A stretch of DNA of 32,638 bases. It comes from Chloroflexota bacterium (lineage in GTDB: Bacteria > Chloroflexota > Chloroflexia > QHBQ01). The DNA is taken from NCBI GenBank assembly GCA_043754535.1, contig JAYUUN010000083.1, forward strand, positions 1-32,638, given 5' to 3'. Both the position numbers and the translations under genes were made by a program. Numbering within the stretch: the first letter of the stretch is position 1; every line of letters starts with the position of its first letter. Below the pieces are notes generated by a model. It ran no database searches. It had not been told where the DNA came from and worked only from the letters and a program-made list of their open reading frames with translations. Positions 1 to 8,011 of this stretch are shown here, one piece after another.

Positions 1-6
1 CAAGGA

Positions 7-45
7 GAGCGGGGACGGCCAACTGCCAGCCCCGCTCCTTCTTTT
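7..45. terminator. Intrinsic terminator-like hairpin
   Basis: Inverted repeat GAGCGGGG..GGC / GCC..CCCCGCTC followed by CTTCTTTT on +. It lies just past the stop of the minus-strand gene at 69. Confidence 0.6.
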
Positions 46-68
46 GCCTTCGCACCGCTACGGCCAGG

Positions 69-1082
69 CTAGAGATGCATCCCCTTAACCGTGTCTGCGA
101 CAGCAGCGACGTTCTTGGCCGGGCTACGCACATCTATCGAGCAGTCGGCGGCGGCCAGCCAGCGCGGTTCCCCATCGGCCTGGTCAAGGTCGTGGACAAG
201 TTGGGCGTGTAGCTGCTCTGGCGTACCCTCAAGCAAGGTAGCCAGGCCAACCCCGCCGATCAAGGCCTTGTCGGTCTTGCCCAGCATCGTCTGCAAATCG
301 GGGTTGCCTGCCTCATGCGCTGCCCAACTGAAGGCCTGCACGGGATAGTCGAGCAGGTCAAGCAGCATATTGTTTGCCTTACAGACGTGTAGCAGGTTGA
401 ACTCGGCCTCCTGCGCCGCCTTTAGTATCCTCATGTCGTAAGGGCGGCCAAACTCGGCATACTGCTCCTTCGTCAGCCGGTCGTAACTACCCCACTCGGT
501 AGTCGCAAAGAAGATGCCATCACAGAGGTTGATCGCCTCGGCCACGTACTGCTCAAAGGTGCGCGTAATCTGCTCCAATGCCGCGTGCAACAACTCTGGG
601 GCCTCCTGCAAGTGCTGCTTGAACACAGCATCGGTTGCTACCAGGTCGGCGGCGACCGAGAGGGGCGAGAACACCGTTTGCACGAATAGCACCCGCTCGT
701 CACCCTTCAAAGCCCGCTTGAGCAGGTTGAGAGCCTGCAACTGTTCGCCCAGTGCGCCAGCGGTGGGGGACTGCTGGGTAATCTGCTGCCAGTCCTCCGC
801 TTGCTGCACCGGCAGGCTGAGGGTGGTGGGCTTGGTCACGCCGTCGCGGTGGTACTTGAAGCGCGCCCCCCAGGGTTCGACGTGATACTGCGCTCGTGGA
901 TTAACCTTCATGAAGTCCCAACCATACTGCCGTTGCCAGCGTAGCATCGCAGCCACCAGCCCCTCGGCATCCTCCTCACTCTCATAAAAGTGCCGCCAGA
1001 GGCTGACTGCTGGCCGGTCTACCGCCTCGTTCGCCAAAGCCGCCCGTACCCGCTCCAAACTGCTGATCGCTGCTACCATCAT
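69..1082 (-). CDS. Uroporphyrinogen decarboxylase (UroD/MtaA-CmuA TIM-barrel) family protein
   Basis: ERVRAAL..E.VDRP.VS.W.HF N-terminus, TVFSPLS, LLHVC and C-terminal AADCS are typical of UroD-family paralogs. Start moved to ATG 1082, which follows a GAGGAGGG RBS. Confidence 0.8.
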   Translation of the reverse strand: MMVAAISSLERVRAALANEAVDRPAVSLWRHFYESEEDAEGLVAAMLRWQRQYGWDFMKVNPRAQYHVEPWGARFKYHRDGVTKPTTLSLPVQQAEDWQQITQQSPTAGALGEQLQALNLLKRALKGDERVLFVQTVFSPLSVAADLVATDAVFKQHLQEAPELLHAALEQITRTFEQYVAEAINLCDGIFFATTEWGSYDRLTKEQYAEFGRPYDMRILKAAQEAEFNLLHVCKANNMLLDLLDYPVQAFSWAAHEAGNPDLQTMLGKTDKALIGGVGLATLLEGTPEQLHAQLVHDLDQADGEPRWLAAADCSIDVRSPAKNVAAVADTVKGMHL

Positions 1083-1259
1083 TGCCCTCCTCAGTGACAA
1101 ACCGCCACACCAAAATATGCGCTGAGCGAATCCGCTTGCAATGTTTGTACCCCAGTCGGATTGCCCCACCGTGATTATAGCTAGCTGGGTCGGGAACTGT
1201 CAACCAGGGGCGGTTTAGGTTAGAGCGATGTGAGATTGGCAGATTCAGCGGCCACAAAG

Positions 1260-1288
1260 TTGACACCTGTCTCCCAGCCTGCTATAAT
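1260..1288 (+). promoter_or_regulatory. Perfect-consensus sigma70 promoter
   Basis: TTGACA (1260-1265), 17 bp spacer, TATAAT (1283-1288). Confidence 0.8.
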
Positions 1289-1366
1289 GTGTGTTGCTTG
1301 CCATGTTATTTGGCGGGCGCAAAACATCTCTCTACAACAGAAACAACGGTAACAAACGTGACATAT

Positions 1367-1513
1367 GTGAACCAGCGAATCGAATGGAACGTCTACGAGC
1401 CGGTCGTCTACAAGATAGACAACCTGCGGAACGAGGCTACCCTGAAGATCAACGCCGATATCTATGGGCGGGTGGTCGAGCTGGTATGTCGTGGTGGCTG
1501 TGGCTTTGGTTAG
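1367..1513 (+). CDS. Small hypothetical protein (~48 aa) ending in CRGGCGFG
   Basis: GC-rich third codon positions like neighbouring genes, and it lies downstream of a consensus promoter. Start is uncertain (GTG 1358 or 1367) and there is no clear SD. Confidence 0.45.
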   Translation: MNQRIEWNVYEPVVYKIDNLRNEATLKINADIYGRVVELVCRGGCGFG

Positions 1514-1714
1514 CTTGCTGAGTGCAGACGGCGGTTGGCGAACGGGCCAGCTAAAGGGCAACAGCGGAGGTCTTCCTGTCTATGTTTAATCTAAAACTAG
1601 CAATCATCTACAACCCCCAGTTGGCGAAGGCTGGCTGAGTTAGCCACCAGGCTAGCTTTGCTGTACCATGCGGCGGGGATCAGTAGTGCGAAGATAGAGT
1701 GAACCCAGGGAACC

Positions 1715-1790
1715 AAACTAACCAACGGCCAGCGTTCAGAGGCGATTTCAGCCAGCCTCTCTGAACCTGGTCTTTAGTTTTGCCTTTTTT
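1715..1790 (+). terminator. Long hairpin plus U-tract immediately upstream of potA (terminator or attenuator)
   Basis: GGCCAG-C-GTTCAGAGGC / GCCTCTCTGAAC-CTGGTC stem (1727-1772), flanked by AAACTA/TAGTTT and followed by TTTTTT (1785-1790). Confidence 0.5.
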
Positions 1791-1814
1791 AGGGTGATTT
1801 TGGAGGTTGTGCGA

Positions 1815-3023
1815 GTGAACAAGAGTACTGAGGGTGCCGTAAGCAGCGTCGAACTGGTGGGCATCAGCAAGAAGTTTGGCGACAGCTTGGCGGTAGACAA
1901 TATCAGCCTGAGCATCCGTGAGGGCGAGTTCTTCAGCCTGCTAGGGCCGAGCGGCTGTGGCAAGACGACTACCCTGCGGATGATCGCAGGCTTTGAGCAA
2001 CCGACCAGCGGCCAACTCTACATTGCGGGCCAGCCAGTTGCGGGCGTACCGGCCTTCCGCCGCAACGTCAACACTGTCTTCCAGAACTACGCCCTCTTTC
2101 CCCACATGGATGTGACCGACAACGTAGCCTTCGGCCTGGAAGCCACTCATGCCGCGAGCAAGACCGAGATCGCCAGCCGCGTGCAGGACGCGCTCGACCT
2201 GGTGCGCCTGGGCAACTACGGCAAGCGTCGCCCGCGCCAGCTATCCGGCGGTCAACAACAGCGGGTCGCCCTCGCCCGCGCCCTCGTCAACCGCCCAGCA
2301 GTGCTGCTGCTCGATGAGCCACTGGGCGCGCTAGACCAGAAGCTGCGCAAGGAGATGCAAATCGAACTGAAGCACTTGCAGAGTCAGGTGGGCATCACCT
2401 TCATCTTCGTCACCCACGACCAGGAAGAAGCCTTGACCATGAGCGACCGCATCGCGGTGATGTCCAACGGCAAGGTGTTGCAGGTGGACTCGCCTGCTGC
2501 AATCTATGAGCGGCCAAACTGCAAGTTTGTGGCTGACTTCATCGGCCAGAGCAACTTCTTCGCGGGGCGCATAACCGGGATGGATAGCGACTCGGTGACA
2601 GTGGCGGTTGGCGGTAGCGACGGCGGCAGCTTTGCGGTTCAGGCTCCGCGCACCAATGGGATGCAGGCTGGTCAGGAGGTGACGGTCGCAGTGCGGCCAG
2701 AGAAGATCGGCCTGCGCCGGGTGGTGGGCAGCGATGCAATCCACAGCAACGGCCTCAACCGCACCCCTGGGCGCATCCAGCGGGTGATCTACATGGGAAC
2801 TTCGACCCAGTACGTGGTGGACATCCCCGGCGGCAGCACCCTGACGGTGGAGCGGCAGAACAGCGGCATCGCTGAACCGAACCTCCCCCGCTTTGCGCGC
2901 AACACGCAGGGGATTGATCTGCCTGGGGACAGCGGCCTGGTAGAACATGAGGAAGTAGTCCTCGAATGGTCACCCGCAGTTACGCTCCTATTGGACAAGT
3001 TACGTTGCCGCTTGAGGCAGTGA
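1815..3023 (+). CDS. potA: Spermidine/putrescine ABC transporter ATP-binding protein
   Basis: Walker A GPSGCGKT, VFQNYALFPH, LSGGQQQRVALARAL, LLLDEP, C-terminal TOBE-like region. GGAGG RBS precedes GTG 1815. Confidence 0.9.
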   Translation: MNKSTEGAVSSVELVGISKKFGDSLAVDNISLSIREGEFFSLLGPSGCGKTTTLRMIAGFEQPTSGQLYIAGQPVAGVPAFRRNVNTVFQNYALFPHMDVTDNVAFGLEATHAASKTEIASRVQDALDLVRLGNYGKRRPRQLSGGQQQRVALARALVNRPAVLLLDEPLGALDQKLRKEMQIELKHLQSQVGITFIFVTHDQEEALTMSDRIAVMSNGKVLQVDSPAAIYERPNCKFVADFIGQSNFFAGRITGMDSDSVTVAVGGSDGGSFAVQAPRTNGMQAGQEVTVAVRPEKIGLRRVVGSDAIHSNGLNRTPGRIQRVIYMGTSTQYVVDIPGGSTLTVERQNSGIAEPNLPRFARNTQGIDLPGDSGLVEHEEVVLEWSPAVTLLLDKLRCRLRQ

Positions 3024-3034
3024 GGGATTAGAGA

Positions 3035-3964
3035 TTGAAGCAATTGGATATCAAGGAAAATAGAGGGCTGGCTGCCTGGGTGCGGCGCAGGCCAGGGGTG
3101 CAGGCAGCAGGGTTGCTGCTGCCGGGGCTGATTGCCTTTGGCCTTTTCTTCGTCATCCCCCTGTTGATCGTGGTTGGAGTCAGCTTCACGGCCAAGAAGG
3201 CGGGGACGGTTGACTGGACGCACTGGACCCTGAACAACTATGTCAGCCTGGTGACGAACTTCGCGGGCGACTTCGACCCACTCTACCTCAACATCTTCCT
3301 CCGCTCGCTCTGGTTCGCCTTGCTAACCACAGTGATCTGCCTGCTGGTTGGTTACCCACTGGCCTACTTCATCGCCCGCCGCGGCGAAAAGTGGCGCGCC
3401 GCCCTGATCTTGCTGATCATGATCCCCTTCTGGACTAACTTCCTGGTGCGAACTTACGCCCTGCAACTGATTTTCCGCAAAGAAGGGCTACTCAACAGTC
3501 TGCTGCTGGACGGCCACATCATTAAGCAACCGCTGGACATGATGTTTACCCCTGGGCTGGTGCTGTTCGGCCTGGTCTACGGCTACCTGCCCTTCATGGT
3601 ACTACCGCTCTACGCCAGCATTGAGAAGTTCGACTTCAGCCTGCTGGAAGCAGCCCAAGACCTCGGTGCGGGGACGTTCCGCACCCTGCGTAAGGTACTA
3701 CTGCCCCTCACCATGCCAGGGGTGGTCGCGGGTAGCATCCTGGTCTTCATCCCAGTAGTTGGCAGCTATGTGACTAGCGACCTGCTGGGCGCGCAGTCCA
3801 GTGGCACACTGATGGTCGGTAACACGATTGAGAACCAGTTCCTCAAGTCGCAGAACTGGCCGCTCGGCTCGGCAATGTCGCTGGTGCTGATGGCGGTGGT
3901 ACTGCTGGCAATCATCATCTACTTCCGCGTGGCGCGGGGTGACAAGAAGGGGGCAGCACTTTGA
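3035..3964 (+). CDS. potB: Spermidine/putrescine ABC transporter permease
   Basis: IPFWTNFLVRTYA, YLPFMVLPLYAS, EAA motif LLEAAQDLGA. Confidence 0.88.
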   Translation: MKQLDIKENRGLAAWVRRRPGVQAAGLLLPGLIAFGLFFVIPLLIVVGVSFTAKKAGTVDWTHWTLNNYVSLVTNFAGDFDPLYLNIFLRSLWFALLTTVICLLVGYPLAYFIARRGEKWRAALILLIMIPFWTNFLVRTYALQLIFRKEGLLNSLLLDGHIIKQPLDMMFTPGLVLFGLVYGYLPFMVLPLYASIEKFDFSLLEAAQDLGAGTFRTLRKVLLPLTMPGVVAGSILVFIPVVGSYVTSDLLGAQSSGTLMVGNTIENQFLKSQNWPLGSAMSLVLMAVVLLAIIIYFRVARGDKKGAAL

Positions 3965-4887
3965 GCGCAATCAATTACAACGATAAGCCAGGCCAGATGA
4001 ACGCCGCGATTGTGGCGAAGGAGCAGGTAGCAGGTCATGCTCAGGCAGGCAGTGGGGCGCAAGCTATCAGCCGTCCCCCCGCGCGCCTCGCCCTACCCGC
4101 CTGGTTGGGCAACCTGCTACTCAAGAGCAACGCCCTGGTTGTTTTCCTCGTCCTCTACCTGCCAGTGGTGATCCTGATCGTCTTCAGCTTCAACGCCGCC
4201 CGCAGCGGGGTAAACTGGACTGGCTTCAGCCTGGACTGGTACAACAAGTTGCTGCACGACGGCAACATCGGCTCGGCGGCGATCAAGACGCTGATCGTGG
4301 CTGGCTTTGCCACCGCGATCTCGACGATCATCGGCACTATGACTGCCCTCGCGTTGGAGCGGCACAAGTTTGTGGGCAAGGTGGTGTTCGAGGGAGTGAT
4401 GTACCTGCCGATCATCATCCCAGAGATCGTGATGGGCCTATCGCTGCTGCTGTTCTTCCGTGCTGTCGGCGTAGACCTGAGCCTGGTGACGGTGATCATC
4501 GCCCACGTCGTCTTCTGCATCCCCTTCGTCGCAGTGATCGTGCGGGCGCGCCTGGCCGACTTCGACCGCCGCCTGGAGGAGGCTGCCATGGACCTGGGGG
4601 CCGACGAGCTAGCCACCTTCCGCAAGGTGACGCTACCGCTGCTGATGCCCGCGATCATCGGAGGGGCGGTGATGGCCTTCACCCTCTCAATTGACGACGT
4701 GATAGTAACCCAGTTCACCGCTGGGGTTGGCTCGACCACCCTGCCGCTCTACATCTACTCGCAGGTGCGCGTGGGGATCACCCCTGTAATCAACGCCCTC
4801 TCGACAATCATGCTAGTCGCCAGCATCGGCCTGGTGCTAACCTCGCTGTTTCTTCAGCGTGACCCAGCGGGCAAGAAGGTGAAGTAA
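3961..4887 (+). CDS. potC: Spermidine/putrescine ABC transporter permease
   Basis: FSFN..WTGFSLDWY, LEEAAMDLGA, FTLSIDD, TTLPLYIYS. TTGA start/stop overlap with potB. Confidence 0.88.
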   Translation: MSAINYNDKPGQMNAAIVAKEQVAGHAQAGSGAQAISRPPARLALPAWLGNLLLKSNALVVFLVLYLPVVILIVFSFNAARSGVNWTGFSLDWYNKLLHDGNIGSAAIKTLIVAGFATAISTIIGTMTALALERHKFVGKVVFEGVMYLPIIIPEIVMGLSLLLFFRAVGVDLSLVTVIIAHVVFCIPFVAVIVRARLADFDRRLEEAAMDLGADELATFRKVTLPLLMPAIIGGAVMAFTLSIDDVIVTQFTAGVGSTTLPLYIYSQVRVGITPVINALSTIMLVASIGLVLTSLFLQRDPAGKKVK

Positions 4888-4908
4888 GGTCAAGCACAGC
4901 AACAAGTG

Positions 4909-4947
4909 AACAGCAAGCCCGCTGAGTGATCGGCGGGCTTGCTTGTT
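4909..4947 (+). terminator. Intrinsic terminator after potC
   Basis: AGCAAGCCCGC / GCGGGCTTGCT 11-bp stem followed by TGTT. Confidence 0.7.
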
Positions 4948-5347
4948 AAAGTGGAGCCGTTTATTCAAGCAGCAGATGTGTGTGCTTTCTTTCTACGCCA
5001 GTACGTTGAGCCAAACAGGTACTTTGCTGTCGGGAACCGCAGTGTTAACAGCTTTAACTTGCTAAGACCTATACTGTGCCAGTACGTTGTTGGTAAAGAC
5101 GAGCTTGGTATTCCCACAGACCCCGACTACATAGTTAGGTGGCCCAAATAGAAGAAGGGGCAAGCCCATAGGCTTACCCCTCCAGGGCCGCACTTACCTC
5201 GCGTACTTCGGGGTTTGGCTGCCAAAGACATTTTGACCCATTTGTGTCTGTGTGTCAAGTATTCAGACTACAAAGAGGAAGGAGCTTCTGGTGGCTGGCA
5301 GGGGAATCACCCACTATCTACCACCCCTGGTGAGCCAGAAGATCAGC

Positions 5348-5665
5348 TTAGAAGCCCATCCCTGGCAGGCCCATGCCCCCGGTGACTCCGCCCATACGCT
5401 GCTCGGCGAGAGCGGCTGCCTTCTCCATCGCCTCGTTGAAGGCTAGCATGATCAGGTCTTGCAGGGTCTCCACGTCCTCTGGGTCTACCGCCTCCTTGCT
5501 GATCGTGATGCTTTTCAGTTCCTTGAGACCAGTCATCTGAACGACGACTGCGCTGCCACCGGCTGAACCCTCGACCATCTCCTGGCCTAGCTTCTCCTGC
5601 TCCTTCGCCAACTGCTTCTGCATCTGCTGAACCTGGCGCATCATCTTGTTCATGTCCATACTCAT
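5348..5665 (-). CDS. ybaB: YbaB/EbfC family nucleoid-associated protein
   Basis: MNKMMRQVQQMQ..., VEGSAGG, VDPEDVETLQDLIMLAFNEA. Directly downstream of dnaX. AGGAG RBS precedes ATG 5665. Confidence 0.92.
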   Translation of the reverse strand: MSMDMNKMMRQVQQMQKQLAKEQEKLGQEMVEGSAGGSAVVVQMTGLKELKSITISKEAVDPEDVETLQDLIMLAFNEAMEKAAALAEQRMGGVTGGMGLPGMGF

Positions 5666-5681
5666 CTCGTTCGCTCCTCTC

Positions 5682-7496
5682 TTACTGCTCCTTGACATCG
5701 GTGATTGTGCCATTAAAGATACTAACTACTGCGCGCACGCGCACGTCCTGCCTGGCTGCTTGCGCTCGCTCGCTCAGCGTGGCACGGCGGGCAGGGGCGA
5801 CCTGGCCCTCCAACAACTGACAGATCACCTGCCAGTCGCCACCTACCACCTTGCCGATCAGTTGCTCGATCAACAGGCGGTTGGTCGGGTCGTTGGTCTT
5901 GCTGTAGTGGAATGGGTACTTGCAGCCCAGCACCACCGTGCCGCCCTCGATGCTGATCGGGTAGACATCTAGCAGCACCCCCTTGAGCATCTTGTTGTGA
6001 ACCTCCATTGCGCCAACGATGCGCGGCCAGGCGGCGGTCATCTGCTCCAGACTGATGCTACCGTCGCTGGCGGTCTCAACGGCCTCCGCTACCGCCACTG
6101 GCTTCTCTGTTGCCACTAGCTCTGCTACCGCCACTAGCTCCGTTACCGCCATCGGCTGTACAACAAGCAGGGGTGGCTCTGAGCGGGTGGGTGGCTTGAC
6201 TTGGGCTACAGCAGCCGGTTGGCTGGCTGGTTGGTCGGGTTGCGGCTCGACGGCTGGACGCAGCAAGCGTGGGGGCTGCTGGTTGCCAACAGGTGGCTGA
6301 GGGCGGCTGGCGGGTAGGGGCTGGGGGCTGCTAGTGCGTGGCTGCTCAACGCGCTGCTGCTCCGCTCCCGCCAGCGTTGCTTCAACAAAGGCCACCTCTA
6401 GCGGCAACTGACCGTAGGGAGTAGAGCGCAGTAGGCTGTCGGCTGCGCTAAAGGTCTTGACCCAGCCCACGATCTGGCCGAGATTGACGGCCTCCGCCTG
6501 CCCTTGCAGGCGGCCCAGCGTCTCCTGAGTCACATCGAGGGTGGGCAGCGACGCACCGCCTGCTTTGAGCAACATCAGATTCCGCAGGTGGTCAACCAGT
6601 TGGCGGTTGAACTGGCGCAGGTCTACGCCATCCTCCTGCATTGCACTGATCTGGCCCAGGCCCACCCCCAACTCGCCCGCTAGCAGGTTGTCCACGAAGG
6701 CGGCCACCCGCTCTCCACCAGTTGCTCCCAGCATATCTTGAGCGGCAGCCAGCGTCACCTGCGTGCCATTATAGGCGACGAGTTGATCGAGCAGGCTGAG
6801 AGCATCACGCATACTACCCGTCGCGGTGCGGCAGAGCAGTTCGAGGGCGGCAGGTTCGGCCACGATCCCTTCTTCGGCGCAGACGTGGGCGGCGCGGGCT
6901 ACCATATCGCCCAGTGGCACCCGCCGAAAGTCATAGCGTTGGCACCGCGAGAGGACGGTAGCCGGTATCTTGTGAACCTCAGTCGTCGCCAGAATGAAGA
7001 TGGCGTGTTCGGGCGGCTCCTCCAGCGTCTTGAGCAGCGCGTTGAAGGCGGCAGTGGAGAGCATATGCACCTCGTCGATGATGTAGACGCGGTACTTGAA
7101 TAGGCTGGGCGAGAAGTTCACGCCGTCGCGCAGGACGCGCACATCGTCCACGCCAGTGTTGCTGGCCGCGTCGATCTCCACCAAGTCGATTGCATTGCCC
7201 TCGGCCACCGCCTGACAGTTGGCACATTGGCCGCAGGGAACCGACTGGCCTGCCGCCACCGCCTCGGCATTGTAGCGCAGACAGTTGACCGCCTTCGCCA
7301 TCAGTCGGGCGGTCGAGGTCTTGCCCGTGCCACGTGGCCCCGTGAACAGGTATGCGTGGGCAAGGCGGCCCGTCGCCAGTGCGTTCTGCAAGGTACGCAC
7401 CACGTGTTCCTGGCCCACCAGTTCGCCGAACGTCTGCGAACGCCACTTGCGGTAGAGCGACTGACCCTGTTGATTGTTGCTGGCTATGTTGTCCAT
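5682..7496 (-). CDS. dnaX: DNA polymerase III subunit gamma/tau
   Basis: LYRKWRSQTF, HAYLFTGPRGTGKT, Zn-binding Cys, EIDAASN, IIDEVHML, LLKTLEEPP, SRC motif, Pro-rich linker. Start is ATG 7496 or 7508. Confidence 0.95.
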   Translation of the reverse strand: MDNIASNNQQGQSLYRKWRSQTFGELVGQEHVVRTLQNALATGRLAHAYLFTGPRGTGKTSTARLMAKAVNCLRYNAEAVAAGQSVPCGQCANCQAVAEGNAIDLVEIDAASNTGVDDVRVLRDGVNFSPSLFKYRVYIIDEVHMLSTAAFNALLKTLEEPPEHAIFILATTEVHKIPATVLSRCQRYDFRRVPLGDMVARAAHVCAEEGIVAEPAALELLCRTATGSMRDALSLLDQLVAYNGTQVTLAAAQDMLGATGGERVAAFVDNLLAGELGVGLGQISAMQEDGVDLRQFNRQLVDHLRNLMLLKAGGASLPTLDVTQETLGRLQGQAEAVNLGQIVGWVKTFSAADSLLRSTPYGQLPLEVAFVEATLAGAEQQRVEQPRTSSPQPLPASRPQPPVGNQQPPRLLRPAVEPQPDQPASQPAAVAQVKPPTRSEPPLLVVQPMAVTELVAVAELVATEKPVAVAEAVETASDGSISLEQMTAAWPRIVGAMEVHNKMLKGVLLDVYPISIEGGTVVLGCKYPFHYSKTNDPTNRLLIEQLIGKVVGGDWQVICQLLEGQVAPARRATLSERAQAARQDVRVRAVVSIFNGTITDVKEQ

Positions 7497-7675
7497 GCTA
7501 CCCTTCATCCTCTATTGGGCTGATGCAGCCTTGCGCCCCGCCGCTTGCTGCCCTATTATACAGCAACATCCCCCTGGATGCCACTTGCAGACGGTTAGAT
7601 TCGGTGCTAAACTACTGACCTAAACCCCCAGCCACTAAGCGGCAAAGAGAAGCGGGCAAAGAAGGAGCAGTTGAG

Positions 7676-7924
7676 ATGCAGAACCAGGAGCAAGAGATCG
7701 CCCGCCTGACCGCCGAGGTTGCGGCCCAGCCGACTGCTGTACTTTACACCCAGCGCGGCAAGCTGCTCGCCAGCCTCAAACGGTATGATGAGGCGATTGC
7801 CGACTACAGCCGCGCAATAGAGCTTGACCCCAACCACACCCGTGCCTATACCGGTCGCGCCAACGCCTACACCGCGACAGGCCGCTTCATAGAGGCTCTC
7901 GCTGACGTGAACAAGGTCTTGTGA
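7676..7924 (+). CDS. Small tetratricopeptide repeat protein
   Basis: TPR pattern Y..RG.....LKRYDEAIADYSRAIELDP..AY..RA.AY...GRF.EA. AAGGAG RBS. Confidence 0.8.
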   Translation: MQNQEQEIARLTAEVAAQPTAVLYTQRGKLLASLKRYDEAIADYSRAIELDPNHTRAYTGRANAYTATGRFIEALADVNKVL

Positions 7925-7938
7925 GCCACCAACAGCAC

Positions 7939-7977
7939 AAAGAGAGGAGCGGCTGCCGTCTGGCAACCGCCCCTTTG
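7939..7977. terminator. Hairpin terminator between convergent genes
   Basis: GCGGCTGCC / GGCAACCGC stem with T-containing flanks on both strands. Confidence 0.5.
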
Positions 7978-8011
7978 CTATCTACCTGCGAAGCCGCTGG
8001 TATGCTCTGCT

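Noticed and set aside
69..1082. Assignment as hemE
   Set aside because: Lacks the HemE W.MRQAGR motif, so only family-level similarity is supported.
4939..5151. 70-aa plus-strand ORF after potC
   Set aside because: Starts inside the terminator hairpin, has no RBS and shows atypical codon usage.
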